Below are positions 8,852 through 19,335 of a stretch of 64,000 nt of DNA, piece by piece. Under the pieces are notes generated by a model, which did no database searches, was not told the origin of the DNA, and worked only from the letters and a program-made list of their open reading frames with translations. The position numbers were made by a program, and so were the translations under genes. Source of the DNA: Klebsiella phage KPN8; sequence record OP079919.1; one strand, written 5' to 3'. Every line of letters starts with the position of its first letter. Position 1 is the first letter of the stretch.

Positions 8852-11800
8852 ATGAACTATCCTAATATTCCCGAATACCGTTTGGATATCACGGGGAAGA
8901 ACCCAGAAAACTTGATTCCTTTCGAGCATCTTCAAAGGGAAGATAATGATCGAAAAATGATCGTCGTCCCACGTCACGCTCCCTTCTTTATCGACAGCGT
9001 GATTTTGAGCTTCCCTGACGGCACCCCAATGGTTTACGGAACCCATTATGAATTCTTCAACATCATGGGTGAGCTTTCCAGAAGAACCGGTAAGGCGGTC
9101 GGTTGTTTTATTCGCATTCTGGATAAAACCATAACTCGGTTTAACGCTCGCTATCAAACAGTTGGTTCGGTGTCTCTCTTTGATAAGAGTTTCCTGGATC
9201 TCTATAATACCGTCATAGACGATGGCCGGGCCGTCTGGTTCGACGATATCGCTAACAAACCTATATTGTTTGATCCGGAACAACATGGTCATGACGTCAG
9301 GTACGGGGTGTACGCATTTAAAGACCTCGCAGATGCTTTCGAGCAGATGGTGGCGAACACCGTAGGCGGGGAAGGTTATCACGCCCCATACGAAGAATTC
9401 TTCGTTCAGCGTATCAACAACGCCATTAGTTACCTTTCACAAGTACAAAGTCGTTGCATCGCACTCATTAACGAACACGCCGGTAACAAGATCAACGTGC
9501 ATGGGATCGATAATGTTAAAGTGGGATTAGGTAACGTTGATAACATTGGGACTTATACTTCCGATAATTGGGGGGACGCCATCGATGATAAACATCGCAT
9601 AACCCCGGGGTATCTGAAAAAGTTAGCTGAAAACACCACTGTTGATCTTAGCAACTTAGTCCAGCCCGGTGTTCTCCCAATTGCACGCTACGGTGAAAAC
9701 TTTTACATCCCTCCGGTCATCGATGGATCTTTTAAAGGCGTCGGGACCCGCCAACCTTGGCGAGTGGCATGTTTAGAAAGAAACGGTTATTTAGTAGCAA
9801 TAGGTAATTACAAGGATGTCAATACGGACGTTTTGATGTACATGTATAACAAAACACCGTTTGTTTCTCCGGCCAATTCCAGTAATTGGATAAATACACG
9901 TTACGAATATAAACCCACTCGTGCCGTTGAAGATGACGTTAAACTCACCACAGTTATTAAAGGCGGTGATTACCGTTGGATGATCGTAGGTAACGACCAA
10001 ACCAACAAGTGGTATGTAGTTAACTGCAATTCCACATTCAATCCGGTTAGTCACGTTCTCACGCCAATCAGCAATGTGGACTTTTTCTCCAACATTAGCC
10101 ATATCAGAATGTCCGTTTGCGGAGAGAGCATTTATCTGTTCAAGATTACGGATACCCAAGCCGACGGACGTAAATATGTGACGATGAGGAAGATCGACGT
10201 AAGTTCTGTTGACGTTAACACGGAAAGTGTCGCTCTGACTACACCTTCGCTTATTTACACCGATTCATCTAATGCCAGCAAAACATCCACCACCGGGGTT
10301 TTCGATCCTTTCGTTGTTACCAAAGACGGGTCTAATAAAGTCACTAAAGTGTTGGGTAGCTTTAACCCAGTATTGGACTATATTGAAATGGAAAGGGATA
10401 TTCATATTGAAATGATTCCTGATCCAACTAACCCCACAGTAAGTTATATGCGTTGGTGGACCCCCTGTATGCATCATCTGGGGACTAAGGCAGTAACGAC
10501 GACTTACTCCCCGTCCTGGAAATTGCAGGAGAGTGGTGGGTTTACAACGATGACGTGGACAAAAGGACTGGGGTCCGCTACGATGAACATCACTGCGTGG
10601 GATTTAAATTACGCGCCGTGGATGGGTAATCAAAATACAGCGAATACCGACTTCTTCAAGCAAACCTCATCGTGGTTCCACTCACCGGCAATGGGTAACG
10701 GGTTTACTGGTTCGTCTTCAATACTGTCCAATGATGCAAGATTCTCATGCGCGTCGACTCACTGGAACTTCTTCCCGTTATTGACAGCAACGAGCATGTC
10801 GGACTTCTTTACGTCTAGTGACCCTTCCACATTTACGACTGCCGATCCGGCAATAACAAATATGGATGTTAATGAAGCCGGTGGTTATAACCTGAGAACT
10901 TTACAGTGTGGTATTACCAATACCACCGTGTACGGCTCAGCTCCCGCTTCCAGTTGCCACTCTACTTTACCCTTTACTGAGGCGAATAACTCGATAACAC
11001 ATTATGAACTTATTAAGTCAGAAGTTAATGACGATACCTTTGTTCATACGGCTAAATTGAGAACGGGTGATAGAACAACGGCTTCTGTATACGACGCCAA
11101 CACTTATTACCATATGAGTTACACCAACGACATTTATAAAACCAACATCCCTCCAAGGGGTGTACGTGTTTCTTACGTTGATGAAATGAATACGACTAAT
11201 AAGGGAGAGACGTTCTTCTCAGTGACTGGCGGGACGGTTTATAGTCTTGGTACCGGGCTTCAGGATAATCTGTTAACTCACTCTTTCACTACGACCAGAG
11301 ATTCTTCTACCAGGACGTTGTCGTTTAATCCATCTCTGTATGTTCAAATTACTAATGCTTTGGTTTTGTCTTTAGTAACAGCGAACTTCCCAAATGCGGC
11401 GGCTTACTATCAGAAAGCTTGGACTTTGTTATGGGTGCCAGGGAAAGAGAGTATTATAGCTCCTATGCTGATCGTAGAGTGGATGGGTACGGGTTCTGAT
11501 ACTAACGCTTATATCGGCGTGATGACGTTAAACGTGGTTAAAAACCCAACGCTGGCCGCTAACCAAACTGCGACTGTGAATGGTGTAAAAACCTGCGTAA
11601 TGAATGTAGGTGATTTGACAGTAGTCAACAAATATACTGTGGCGAACGGAACCTATTCTGGTGATCGTTCTTGGTTTGATGCGATTGGCAACCACTACAT
11701 CAACTCAGGATATTTTACTGTTTATCGCAATGCGTCTGGCGAAGTCTCTTTCTATTGGGGTTCTACCAACTCTAAGAACTACGGAAGTGCGACCAGTTAT

Positions 11801-12466
11801 GGTGTGGCTAAAACGGCATATCTCTCAGGTAAAATGTCGGGACCGACAGTTATTTCTGCTATTAATAACTACCCTGGCGGAAGAGATATGTTGGGATCCG
11901 TCGTCTACGCGTTAAAAGGTGTCGGTTTATTACTGATTTCCGATACGATGGCTACCGATATCTTTGTGGGCGGCGGCATTACTCCGGCTAAGCTGGCGGG
12001 TAGCACCTACCAGTCAGTTCTGGATGGATATGCTAACACAACGCTGTTAGGATCGTTCTACATCGTTGCCGACATCATCCCGGTCAATCAATGGACGTTG
12101 TTCTTCTCAGCGAGTAAGATCGTTTTGAAAGGAACCTATTTTGAGCTCCCCGTTGGTACTCTGACATTAACAGATTACTTCACCAATGTTCAAAATAAAA
12201 CGTTCTATTTGTTTTTAAAACTCACTGAAGGTAGCCCGGTATATGAGTTGTCATCAACTATGTTGTCGGAAACCTCGACGTGTATGTTGATAGCGACGGT
12301 CACTACCGATGCCTTCAGCATTGTTTCTGTAGATACACAAAAGGTCTTTTCAATGACCGGCTATCGCGTATCGTCTCAAGCTATCGGTTCGATCATACCT
12401 GGGTCGACCGGGGGGATCAACGAATTGGGCGAGACACCGTGGCTGTCGTCTACCTTGGTTGATTAA
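8852..12466 (+). CDS. large tail fibre protein
   Basis: Start at MNYPNIPEY with a GAGGTGA SD. N-terminal IVVPRHAPFF module is paralogous to the 5705 and 12514 genes. KVGLGNVDNIGTYTSDNWGDAIDDK fibre motif. Confidence 0.75.
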   Translation: MNYPNIPEYRLDITGKNPENLIPFEHLQREDNDRKMIVVPRHAPFFIDSVILSFPDGTPMVYGTHYEFFNIMGELSRRTGKAVGCFIRILDKTITRFNARYQTVGSVSLFDKSFLDLYNTVIDDGRAVWFDDIANKPILFDPEQHGHDVRYGVYAFKDLADAFEQMVANTVGGEGYHAPYEEFFVQRINNAISYLSQVQSRCIALINEHAGNKINVHGIDNVKVGLGNVDNIGTYTSDNWGDAIDDKHRITPGYLKKLAENTTVDLSNLVQPGVLPIARYGENFYIPPVIDGSFKGVGTRQPWRVACLERNGYLVAIGNYKDVNTDVLMYMYNKTPFVSPANSSNWINTRYEYKPTRAVEDDVKLTTVIKGGDYRWMIVGNDQTNKWYVVNCNSTFNPVSHVLTPISNVDFFSNISHIRMSVCGESIYLFKITDTQADGRKYVTMRKIDVSSVDVNTESVALTTPSLIYTDSSNASKTSTTGVFDPFVVTKDGSNKVTKVLGSFNPVLDYIEMERDIHIEMIPDPTNPTVSYMRWWTPCMHHLGTKAVTTTYSPSWKLQESGGFTTMTWTKGLGSATMNITAWDLNYAPWMGNQNTANTDFFKQTSSWFHSPAMGNGFTGSSSILSNDARFSCASTHWNFFPLLTATSMSDFFTSSDPSTFTTADPAITNMDVNEAGGYNLRTLQCGITNTTVYGSAPASSCHSTLPFTEANNSITHYELIKSEVNDDTFVHTAKLRTGDRTTASVYDANTYYHMSYTNDIYKTNIPPRGVRVSYVDEMNTTNKGETFFSVTGGTVYSLGTGLQDNLLTHSFTTTRDSSTRTLSFNPSLYVQITNALVLSLVTANFPNAAAYYQKAWTLLWVPGKESIIAPMLIVEWMGTGSDTNAYIGVMTLNVVKNPTLAANQTATVNGVKTCVMNVGDLTVVNKYTVANGTYSGDRSWFDAIGNHYINSGYFTVYRNASGEVSFYWGSTNSKNYGSATSYGVAKTAYLSGKMSGPTVISAINNYPGGRDMLGSVVYALKGVGLLLISDTMATDIFVGGGITPAKLAGSTYQSVLDGYANTTLLGSFYIVADIIPVNQWTLFFSASKIVLKGTYFELPVGTLTLTDYFTNVQNKTFYLFLKLTEGSPVYELSSTMLSETSTCMLIATVTTDAFSIVSVDTQKVFSMTGYRVSSQAIGSIIPGSTGGINELGETPWLSSTLVD

Positions 12467-12472
12467 CCCTTT

Positions 12473-12505
12473 AAAAGGAGGGATCCCCCTCCTTTTATTT
12501 TTATA
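12473..12505 (+). terminator. intrinsic terminator
   Basis: aaaaggaggg-atc-cccctcctttt, then a T-run ttttattttt. Confidence 0.7.
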
Positions 12506-12513
12506 GGTGTAAT

Positions 12514-15500
12514 ATGTCTGACTTTAAAATCCTATCTTTCGATCCCAGAGGGGATAACGCAGATAATCTGTTAACCGAGCAGGTGACGTTGGATGACACC
12601 ACCCTCGATTACATTAAACCGGATTACAGTCCATTTTATTCTAGTACCGTGGTTATTGCTGATAAAGACGGTCAGGTGAGAAGCGAAGGGACAGATTATG
12701 TTCTGGAAGGTTTAGTCGTCCCACTGGTAAAGACTTCCGGTAAGGACGTGAAGGCTTACATCAGAATCGTCAATACAGAACTCTATGCTAAGTCCCCACT
12801 AAGTATTCAGTATCACTCTTGCGGGATTAACCACTTTCCGAGAGATATGGTTAAGAACACCCCAACTGGGTCAGAAGGTAACAACCTCCCTGTCGATTGG
12901 AATACGCAAGTTTTAGGCAAACCCGATTCTTATCCTTTTAAACCGCATATTCATAACGTTGAGACTGAAATAGCGGCGTGGACTGACTTGGCCGATGAAA
13001 TAGAAGAGATTTATCAATATAGAAAAAATCACATCCTCGCCAAGTATCAGGAATTAAAAGGGTTAAGCGACGCGGTTTGGGCAGCGACCGATATCACCGC
13101 CAAGCAGCTCCGCGATAATGTGATGAACCACGATCGCGATCTTGATAACCCTCATGACGTTGATGCCGCTGACGTTTTACTTGGTAACGTGGATAACTTC
13201 GCTACGGCCACCGCCAATGACGAACTCCTGGGATTAGCCGACAAGTTCTCAACCCCCCTGGGGGCGCAGTCTATACTTAATAATTCATTACAAAGTACGG
13301 ACGGTTATCATCACATTGGTCGGCTCCCTCTTTCTTATTACGGAACTGATTTTTATATCCCCCCTCCGATAGAGGGAGACTTTAAAGGGATGTGGACTAA
13401 CTGTGAAACGGCCGGATTCTGTTTGGAAGATAACGGGACGTTAATGATGCTTGCCAATGCGTCCGATGGGAAGCACAACGGTCTGTTTTACACCACCATT
13501 GAAAATTGGGATAGCACCAATCCAAAAGTCAGATATACCGGTTATCCTTACCAATGGGGGAATTTGGATTACCGTAAACTCAACGCCATTGTTGAAGGCT
13601 CTGGTAAAGACGTGATGATCGTAGGGAACCGTGTTTCTCAGGATTGGTACATTACTCTGACCAAAGGGACCTTCGACCCAGCGAAACACAATCTGCACAA
13701 AATCTCTTTCGATACCACCCCTCCTGGGATGTGGGACAATTATGTCGTTAACGAAAGATTCCCTTGGTTCGATATCAGCAAGGTTTTTGTTGCAGGGAAC
13801 TATGTTTGGCTGATGTATCTCAACCATCAGTATTTTAGCAATGAGTTGAGGATGGCTAAGGATCTTTATTTTTATCGCATCCCTTTATCAGCCTTTGATA
13901 CTGATGGTCCGTTGGTATTCCAGGCGGTAACTCTGACAAGCGCGCATAACGTTTTCGGGACATTATTCTCTAACGTTAAACCGCTTAGAATGACGGATCC
14001 TGTTAAGAAGTCCAACGGGTATTATAACAATAGTTGGTGCAGAACTTCCCTGGATCTCGTCTCGTCTTACCAGTGGATAAAATCAGTCATCATCCCGACA
14101 GATTACGACGCAACGTCCAACAAGAAGCTGATTTATTTAGAAACTAGAATGCATAACTATTATTATAATGGTTCTGTTTATAACTTCTATACTCCGGCGC
14201 TGCAGTTCATTTATATCTTTGATCCCGATAATAACACATTTTTACTCCATCCTGATAGCGGAAGAAACTACCTAATTGATTTGGGGAACACTTCCAATAA
14301 TCCCCAGAGGGTAGAGGGGAGAATGGGTAATGGAGATAACTGGGTTAACATCGGTAGGAGTCAAAGGCCTAGTATCTGTGCGATGAACGGCTACATTGTA
14401 AAATCGGAGATAAATCAGACTTACACCACCTTTAAATTAAAAACTGATTTACTCAGTTGGTTCAAAGACCCTTATTCTGGAGCAACAGGTGGAACAAATG
14501 CATTAACCTACATCAAGAAGTCTTATCCGATGGTAGAGCCTCCTGGAGCCGTCCAATCGAGTTATTTTGATGGCGCGGAGATCTATGGGGTTTATGGCCC
14601 TGATCCGACTAAGGTTAATAATGGCTCGATTAGAATGGGTTTATATCTCAGAACTGGGTTAGGTGATTATTCGAACCATCCGGAGATGCGCTGGGATAAC
14701 ACCAATCTCATGATACGTCTTCCTAGTAACCAGGATTTCAAAATTGCAGGTGGGGGGAACTATGCGAGATGCAGTGTCACCGGTGATGCGGCCGCTTTAA
14801 CCGCCGCCGGGACAACGATAGGTTGGACCGGATTCAGTGTTTATGAGGACCGGGGCATTTTCGATAAATTCACCAACTGGCCCGCTCAGCCAAGTAATCA
14901 GGTGGTTTTACCCGGGAACATCACCTGGGATACAAGTATTCCTGGGGTCGCGACAGCCCAGGTGAATTCTACGGTGAAATACCCAACCACCATTGTTAAC
15001 CAGATTAAAGCGGTGTTGACTAATGGTATCGGGGCGACGAAATATTCATCGTTCACGCTTTACGATTTCACCTATTCCCCGTTTGCGGACGTCTATTCGG
15101 TAGCCACCCTTTTCTATACGAAGCCTGGATCTGCTGGATTGTGGACAAGGTTTATTTTGTTTAAACCTACGGTAACAACGTCCGGTACCGTAAAAACGGT
15201 GACGGGTTATTCGGTTCTGTACAACTCCGGTGAAGTGGTCAACGATGGCTCGAGGTTCTTCGCAAACATAGATATGACTTATTTTAGGGGATATGACACC
15301 TATCCCATAGTAGAAGTTTATGTCAATAAAACCACCGGGATCCATTACTACAACATTTATCCGGGCGTTTGTTTCTATCCGTCAGGAAGTACGACAGCAT
15401 ACGCGGTTTCTTATATCGTCCAATCCCGTATACAGCTGCAGAGAGCGACCTCTAACAACGCTATTACTGTTACCGAAAACACAACAAGACCTACTTGGTA

Positions 15501-16026
15501 TAGTGACGAATTTTACATTACCATGATTCCTAAAGTAGGGAGAGTGACCATTTACGGCATTGATGTGTTAACCGAGATGGCGAATACTGGATCGATCGCA
15601 ACAGTAAACGGGACGCGATATGTGACCGCTCACACTTATCCAGCGGATAACTGGTATGTGTACTTTACCAACGCGATTAACGTAACGATAGAAGGCGGCA
15701 GTTATCTCATGCCGACTGGCAGTATATCGCTTTACGACATTGTAAGTAATCCCGTTGATAAGACGTTCTACGTTTATATCAGGTTGAACGGAACCAAAGC
15801 GGAATATTTCGTTACTACCAAAAAGCTTTACGTTTCTAGCAAAATGTTGTTTGTTGCGACGATAACGACTAACGATAAAGGGATCAGCAGCATCGATCTT
15901 CTCCAACCGATGATGGTGGGAGATTTGGTACTCTCTAACGTTCGTCGTGGTCAAGCAATTCCTGTTGTGGACGGGTCGCTGGGTCAAGAAGCAACTGTGG
16001 TATGGAAACGCAGCCAAGATAATTAA
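12514..16026 (+). CDS. large tail fibre protein
   Basis: 1170 aa. LLGNVDNFATATANDELLG motif. SD 'ataggtgtaat ATG'. Terminator hairpins flank the gene. Confidence 0.75.
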   Translation: MSDFKILSFDPRGDNADNLLTEQVTLDDTTLDYIKPDYSPFYSSTVVIADKDGQVRSEGTDYVLEGLVVPLVKTSGKDVKAYIRIVNTELYAKSPLSIQYHSCGINHFPRDMVKNTPTGSEGNNLPVDWNTQVLGKPDSYPFKPHIHNVETEIAAWTDLADEIEEIYQYRKNHILAKYQELKGLSDAVWAATDITAKQLRDNVMNHDRDLDNPHDVDAADVLLGNVDNFATATANDELLGLADKFSTPLGAQSILNNSLQSTDGYHHIGRLPLSYYGTDFYIPPPIEGDFKGMWTNCETAGFCLEDNGTLMMLANASDGKHNGLFYTTIENWDSTNPKVRYTGYPYQWGNLDYRKLNAIVEGSGKDVMIVGNRVSQDWYITLTKGTFDPAKHNLHKISFDTTPPGMWDNYVVNERFPWFDISKVFVAGNYVWLMYLNHQYFSNELRMAKDLYFYRIPLSAFDTDGPLVFQAVTLTSAHNVFGTLFSNVKPLRMTDPVKKSNGYYNNSWCRTSLDLVSSYQWIKSVIIPTDYDATSNKKLIYLETRMHNYYYNGSVYNFYTPALQFIYIFDPDNNTFLLHPDSGRNYLIDLGNTSNNPQRVEGRMGNGDNWVNIGRSQRPSICAMNGYIVKSEINQTYTTFKLKTDLLSWFKDPYSGATGGTNALTYIKKSYPMVEPPGAVQSSYFDGAEIYGVYGPDPTKVNNGSIRMGLYLRTGLGDYSNHPEMRWDNTNLMIRLPSNQDFKIAGGGNYARCSVTGDAAALTAAGTTIGWTGFSVYEDRGIFDKFTNWPAQPSNQVVLPGNITWDTSIPGVATAQVNSTVKYPTTIVNQIKAVLTNGIGATKYSSFTLYDFTYSPFADVYSVATLFYTKPGSAGLWTRFILFKPTVTTSGTVKTVTGYSVLYNSGEVVNDGSRFFANIDMTYFRGYDTYPIVEVYVNKTTGIHYYNIYPGVCFYPSGSTTAYAVSYIVQSRIQLQRATSNNAITVTENTTRPTWYSDEFYITMIPKVGRVTIYGIDVLTEMANTGSIATVNGTRYVTAHTYPADNWYVYFTNAINVTIEGGSYLMPTGSISLYDIVSNPVDKTFYVYIRLNGTKAEYFVTTKKLYVSSKMLFVATITTNDKGISSIDLLQPMMVGDLVLSNVRRGQAIPVVDGSLGQEATVVWKRSQDN

Positions 16027-16038
16027 TCGTTTTCACAC

Positions 16039-16057
16039 GGGGGAGTAACCCTCCCCC
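16039..16057 (+). terminator. weaker stem-loop at a gene end (no T-run): 16039..16057 (gggggag-taacc-ctccccc)
   Basis: GC-rich hairpin immediately 3' of the stop codon. Same GGGAGG/CCTCCC stem flavour as the stronger terminators, but with no T-run. Confidence 0.35.
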
Positions 16058-16071
16058 TAAGAGGTCAGATA

Positions 16072-19000
16072 ATGATCATTTTAGATGAAACCATTCCTCC
16101 TAATGGTCAAGAGGATGAGCGCTTCGGTCTTTTACTTTACGCGTTAACCGACTACGGGATTAAAAGGGAGTTACAGCACGTCGCCAGTGTGGCTGTGTTG
16201 ACCGATAAAGTTGCCGAAGCGAATGCTAAGATGACATCGGTCAGCTCAGCGGTAAACGATGCTCTTGACGCCCACATTGCGACAAAAGGCCCTATCCATG
16301 GGGAGACCAAGGAAACGATAGGTCTGGGTCTTGTTGACAATTTACGGACAGCCACGTTAGAAGAACATGTTGACGGCAGTGACGATCTGTTCTGTACTCC
16401 CGCCGGGGTAAAGTACGCGGCTCAGTTTTTGGTTGAACCTGATTACACCGGGTTTATTCCACAGACAGTTCTTCCTATTGCCTATTTCAAAAGACTGACT
16501 GGAGATCTGAGTATTAACTCAATCTCTTTCAGTCCATGGACTCAGAGCAATAAGAAAGGTAACCTGTACATCACAGACGGTGCTTATTACGTCAGTCTGT
16601 TAAGTAAGAATGGCGGTGGAGTCAACTACCTGAGTGATCTTTTAACATCAAGGGATTTGATGTACTTCACACCTAGTGGTGGGACGACGGTACCTAAACT
16701 GGCGTACGGTTGGAACGCTAAGACGGGATACCAAACTCTGAGTGATGGTTCGAAGCAACTTACCTTTTTCGATTACACTCATAATGGCACCGGTGGGGAG
16801 TTCGCTCTTAATTTTTCGGGGTCTGTAACAGGTGACTATCTGTCGACCTTATTCGATCCTTTACTCGACACGTCTTCTTTAATAGGCGGGCTACGCTTAA
16901 CTCAGGCTGGATTAAATGTCAGTCTGACGACCATTACCCAGCCGGATGAGTCGGTCGCAACGCTACTGGTGGATAACACCACTGGGTTCAGTTTTAACGC
17001 TATAGGACCAAAGGGAACGGTCAGAACAGGAACCATTAACAACCTCATTCCTTTAGCTGACTTCATTACTGTAACGGACGCTACGGCGGTTACAATTGAC
17101 CCGACCTACACAGCCATTGACCAAACCCACGGCTATGGGAATATGGAATGGGAAGTTAAGGGAAAATCTGCGATTCTTTACACAGATGCTATCCTGAGGA
17201 CAACATTCCAGGGAGTCGTTAAGAAGATCGTCGCCAGAATAGCGTTAAGGTTGACGATAAGTGGGTCCACTTACACGATCGCTCCCTTGTCTCAAGTGAG
17301 TATGGCGACAATAACTGCTGGCGCTATTGCTGTATCTGGGAACATCCTTTTTGAAGAAGAAATTGATAGCGCTTTACACCCCGTTTACGGAAAAGGTCCG
17401 TTCTTAAGCGAGGGTGGACACGCCACATCAATGGCTTCCAACCAAAGCTTCTTCTTAAGGGCGTTTACTCACGATCTAACCAGCCTCGTTGACCTGGCTA
17501 AAAACTACCATGAAACCCTTTCTCTCTCCGGAGAGTATACAAAGGAATATCCGGGTAGTTTTGCTGCCCCGATAGGGGTGAACATTAAACGCTTCATACC
17601 GTTTAATAGCACTGCTTCGGGGTTAAAGGTTTTGACCTATCCGATGGCCAATACCTCAGAAGATTACTACGGAGTATTAAGTTGGGATAGTCCTCAGATT
17701 CTCCAGTCGTCTAAGAACAAGCCGCTGTATTATCGGTTCAAGCAGGCGAGCTCTTTAACCAACTTTACATTAAGCTCTACCATACCGGCCAGACTGATTG
17801 TTAACTCCGGTGCTGATGGCAGTGTTACTGTGAGGGGGCTGAGTTTCTTACGCAGTGATTATACTGCCGGTACGGGTAAACTGGTCATTACGGAGAATGA
17901 GGTTAAAGCGTCTGAAACTTGGGCGTTGGATGCGGATTCCATTACCACGATGGAATCTATCTTGTCAACATTCTCCACCAGAAGTCACACAGCGTACTCT
18001 TCTGCCGGCGTGGCGTACGACGCAACCAAACAGTCAATGAGCTGGTCTGTTGGGATTTTGACGACCTCTGACGACATTACCGCAGTAACAAGATGTGTTG
18101 TGTTATTATCGGATGGTTGCGGTTATGTGGGGTGTCAAATCGTTCCTACGACACCTAATAGCGGAACAAGAACGTTTACCATCAACAGAGCGTCATTGGG
18201 TACGCTGACATCCATGACTTTTGGGATGGCTGCCGTTCCTGATTTTAGTGCGGCCGAATATCTGACCCCGCCGGCGTACAACGACATAATGGTATTAACT
18301 CGTTCCGATAATTCGTTAGAGATCGCATTTAATAACGCGTTTAAAACGAAATACGGGATGGCGTCATTCTTATATTCCGGAACAACGCTGACACTGGATA
18401 AAATAGAAAATCCAAGAGTCAGTGTAGGGAATTTTCCCATCATCGGGAAACGTGGCTGTTGCCCTATCAGTATTCCTTACTACGGTATTTTCAGGATGAC
18501 GGATAACGAAGAGGAGTTCTTCAACGCCAACCTCAATCGTTATCTTAACCAATATGGCGATTTAACGGACGACGTAGTCACTATGGGGGGGTCGGATTAT
18601 CACCTAATCAGAATCCCTGCCGGGACCAAAGTGTTCTTGGATGGTCGAGAATTCCAAATGATCTCCGGTTTAGTCGTCTATGCTCAGGTAGGAGTGACGT
18701 CGTATATTTATCTCACAGCGGCGGCTGATAACGTGATGGCCGAGGCCAGAACCGTAAAATCAGAACCTGCTGTTGATGAAATCATTTACGCGGTAATGGA
18801 TGAAGCAGGGAATCTCGTTATCAACGACACGTACACCGTCATTGATGGGTTCGCGGTATCCTACACTCGTCAGGGTAGCTCTATCCCGTACACGACGGGT
18901 TACCCTATGGATCTTGGCGAAACACTCTTCTTTAAAACAACCTTTGGGGATCCTGATCTTGATGTAATCATGAACGCCACCATGCCAGAGTTTGGCGGGA

Positions 19001-19287
19001 TGGAGTACATGCCTGATCTTGATGAGGAGATCAACGACATCATTCCTTCTTGGGATAATCTCGAAGATCAAGCCATGGACCTCATGATGAACCAGATTCT
19101 CCCAGAGGATATTGGAACATTAGAGGAAAATATCGATGAGTGCATCAACGAAATTCAACCTGAGTACGTCGAAGACTACAGAGATTCCAACGACATCATT
19201 GTTAACCAATTGATGCCGGAAATCGGTATGTCTCGATTTGTATTGACGGATTATATCGTTAACCAGATCTTACCTGATTCGGAATAA
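16072..19287 (+). CDS. large tail fibre protein with acidic repetitive C-terminus
   Basis: 1071 aa. GLGLVDNLRTATLEEH motif. AAGAGG SD. The C-terminal ~110 aa are highly acidic with reiterated NQILP / NQLMP / PDLD peptides. Confidence 0.7.
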   Translation: MIILDETIPPNGQEDERFGLLLYALTDYGIKRELQHVASVAVLTDKVAEANAKMTSVSSAVNDALDAHIATKGPIHGETKETIGLGLVDNLRTATLEEHVDGSDDLFCTPAGVKYAAQFLVEPDYTGFIPQTVLPIAYFKRLTGDLSINSISFSPWTQSNKKGNLYITDGAYYVSLLSKNGGGVNYLSDLLTSRDLMYFTPSGGTTVPKLAYGWNAKTGYQTLSDGSKQLTFFDYTHNGTGGEFALNFSGSVTGDYLSTLFDPLLDTSSLIGGLRLTQAGLNVSLTTITQPDESVATLLVDNTTGFSFNAIGPKGTVRTGTINNLIPLADFITVTDATAVTIDPTYTAIDQTHGYGNMEWEVKGKSAILYTDAILRTTFQGVVKKIVARIALRLTISGSTYTIAPLSQVSMATITAGAIAVSGNILFEEEIDSALHPVYGKGPFLSEGGHATSMASNQSFFLRAFTHDLTSLVDLAKNYHETLSLSGEYTKEYPGSFAAPIGVNIKRFIPFNSTASGLKVLTYPMANTSEDYYGVLSWDSPQILQSSKNKPLYYRFKQASSLTNFTLSSTIPARLIVNSGADGSVTVRGLSFLRSDYTAGTGKLVITENEVKASETWALDADSITTMESILSTFSTRSHTAYSSAGVAYDATKQSMSWSVGILTTSDDITAVTRCVVLLSDGCGYVGCQIVPTTPNSGTRTFTINRASLGTLTSMTFGMAAVPDFSAAEYLTPPAYNDIMVLTRSDNSLEIAFNNAFKTKYGMASFLYSGTTLTLDKIENPRVSVGNFPIIGKRGCCPISIPYYGIFRMTDNEEEFFNANLNRYLNQYGDLTDDVVTMGGSDYHLIRIPAGTKVFLDGREFQMISGLVVYAQVGVTSYIYLTAAADNVMAEARTVKSEPAVDEIIYAVMDEAGNLVINDTYTVIDGFAVSYTRQGSSIPYTTGYPMDLGETLFFKTTFGDPDLDVIMNATMPEFGGMEYMPDLDEEINDIIPSWDNLEDQAMDLMMNQILPEDIGTLEENIDECINEIQPEYVEDYRDSNDIIVNQLMPEIGMSRFVLTDYIVNQILPDSE

Positions 19288-19291
19288 CGTT

Positions 19292-19335
19292 TATAGTGGA
19301 GAGGGGCTCGCGCCCCTCTCCACTATATTTATTGT
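19292..19335. terminator. bidirectional terminator between convergent fibre and spike genes
   Basis: tatagtggagaggggc-tcgc-gcccctctccactata with a 16-bp stem; tttattg follows. Confidence 0.6.

Noticed and set aside
8849-9382. Antisense ORFs embedded in large fibre/tailspike genes (also 9791..10159, 13441..13827, 49209..49721, 6611..7236 and others)
   Set aside because: All lie entirely within much longer, motif-bearing ORFs on the other strand, and they lack RBSs. These are the random open frames expected in long GC-balanced genes.
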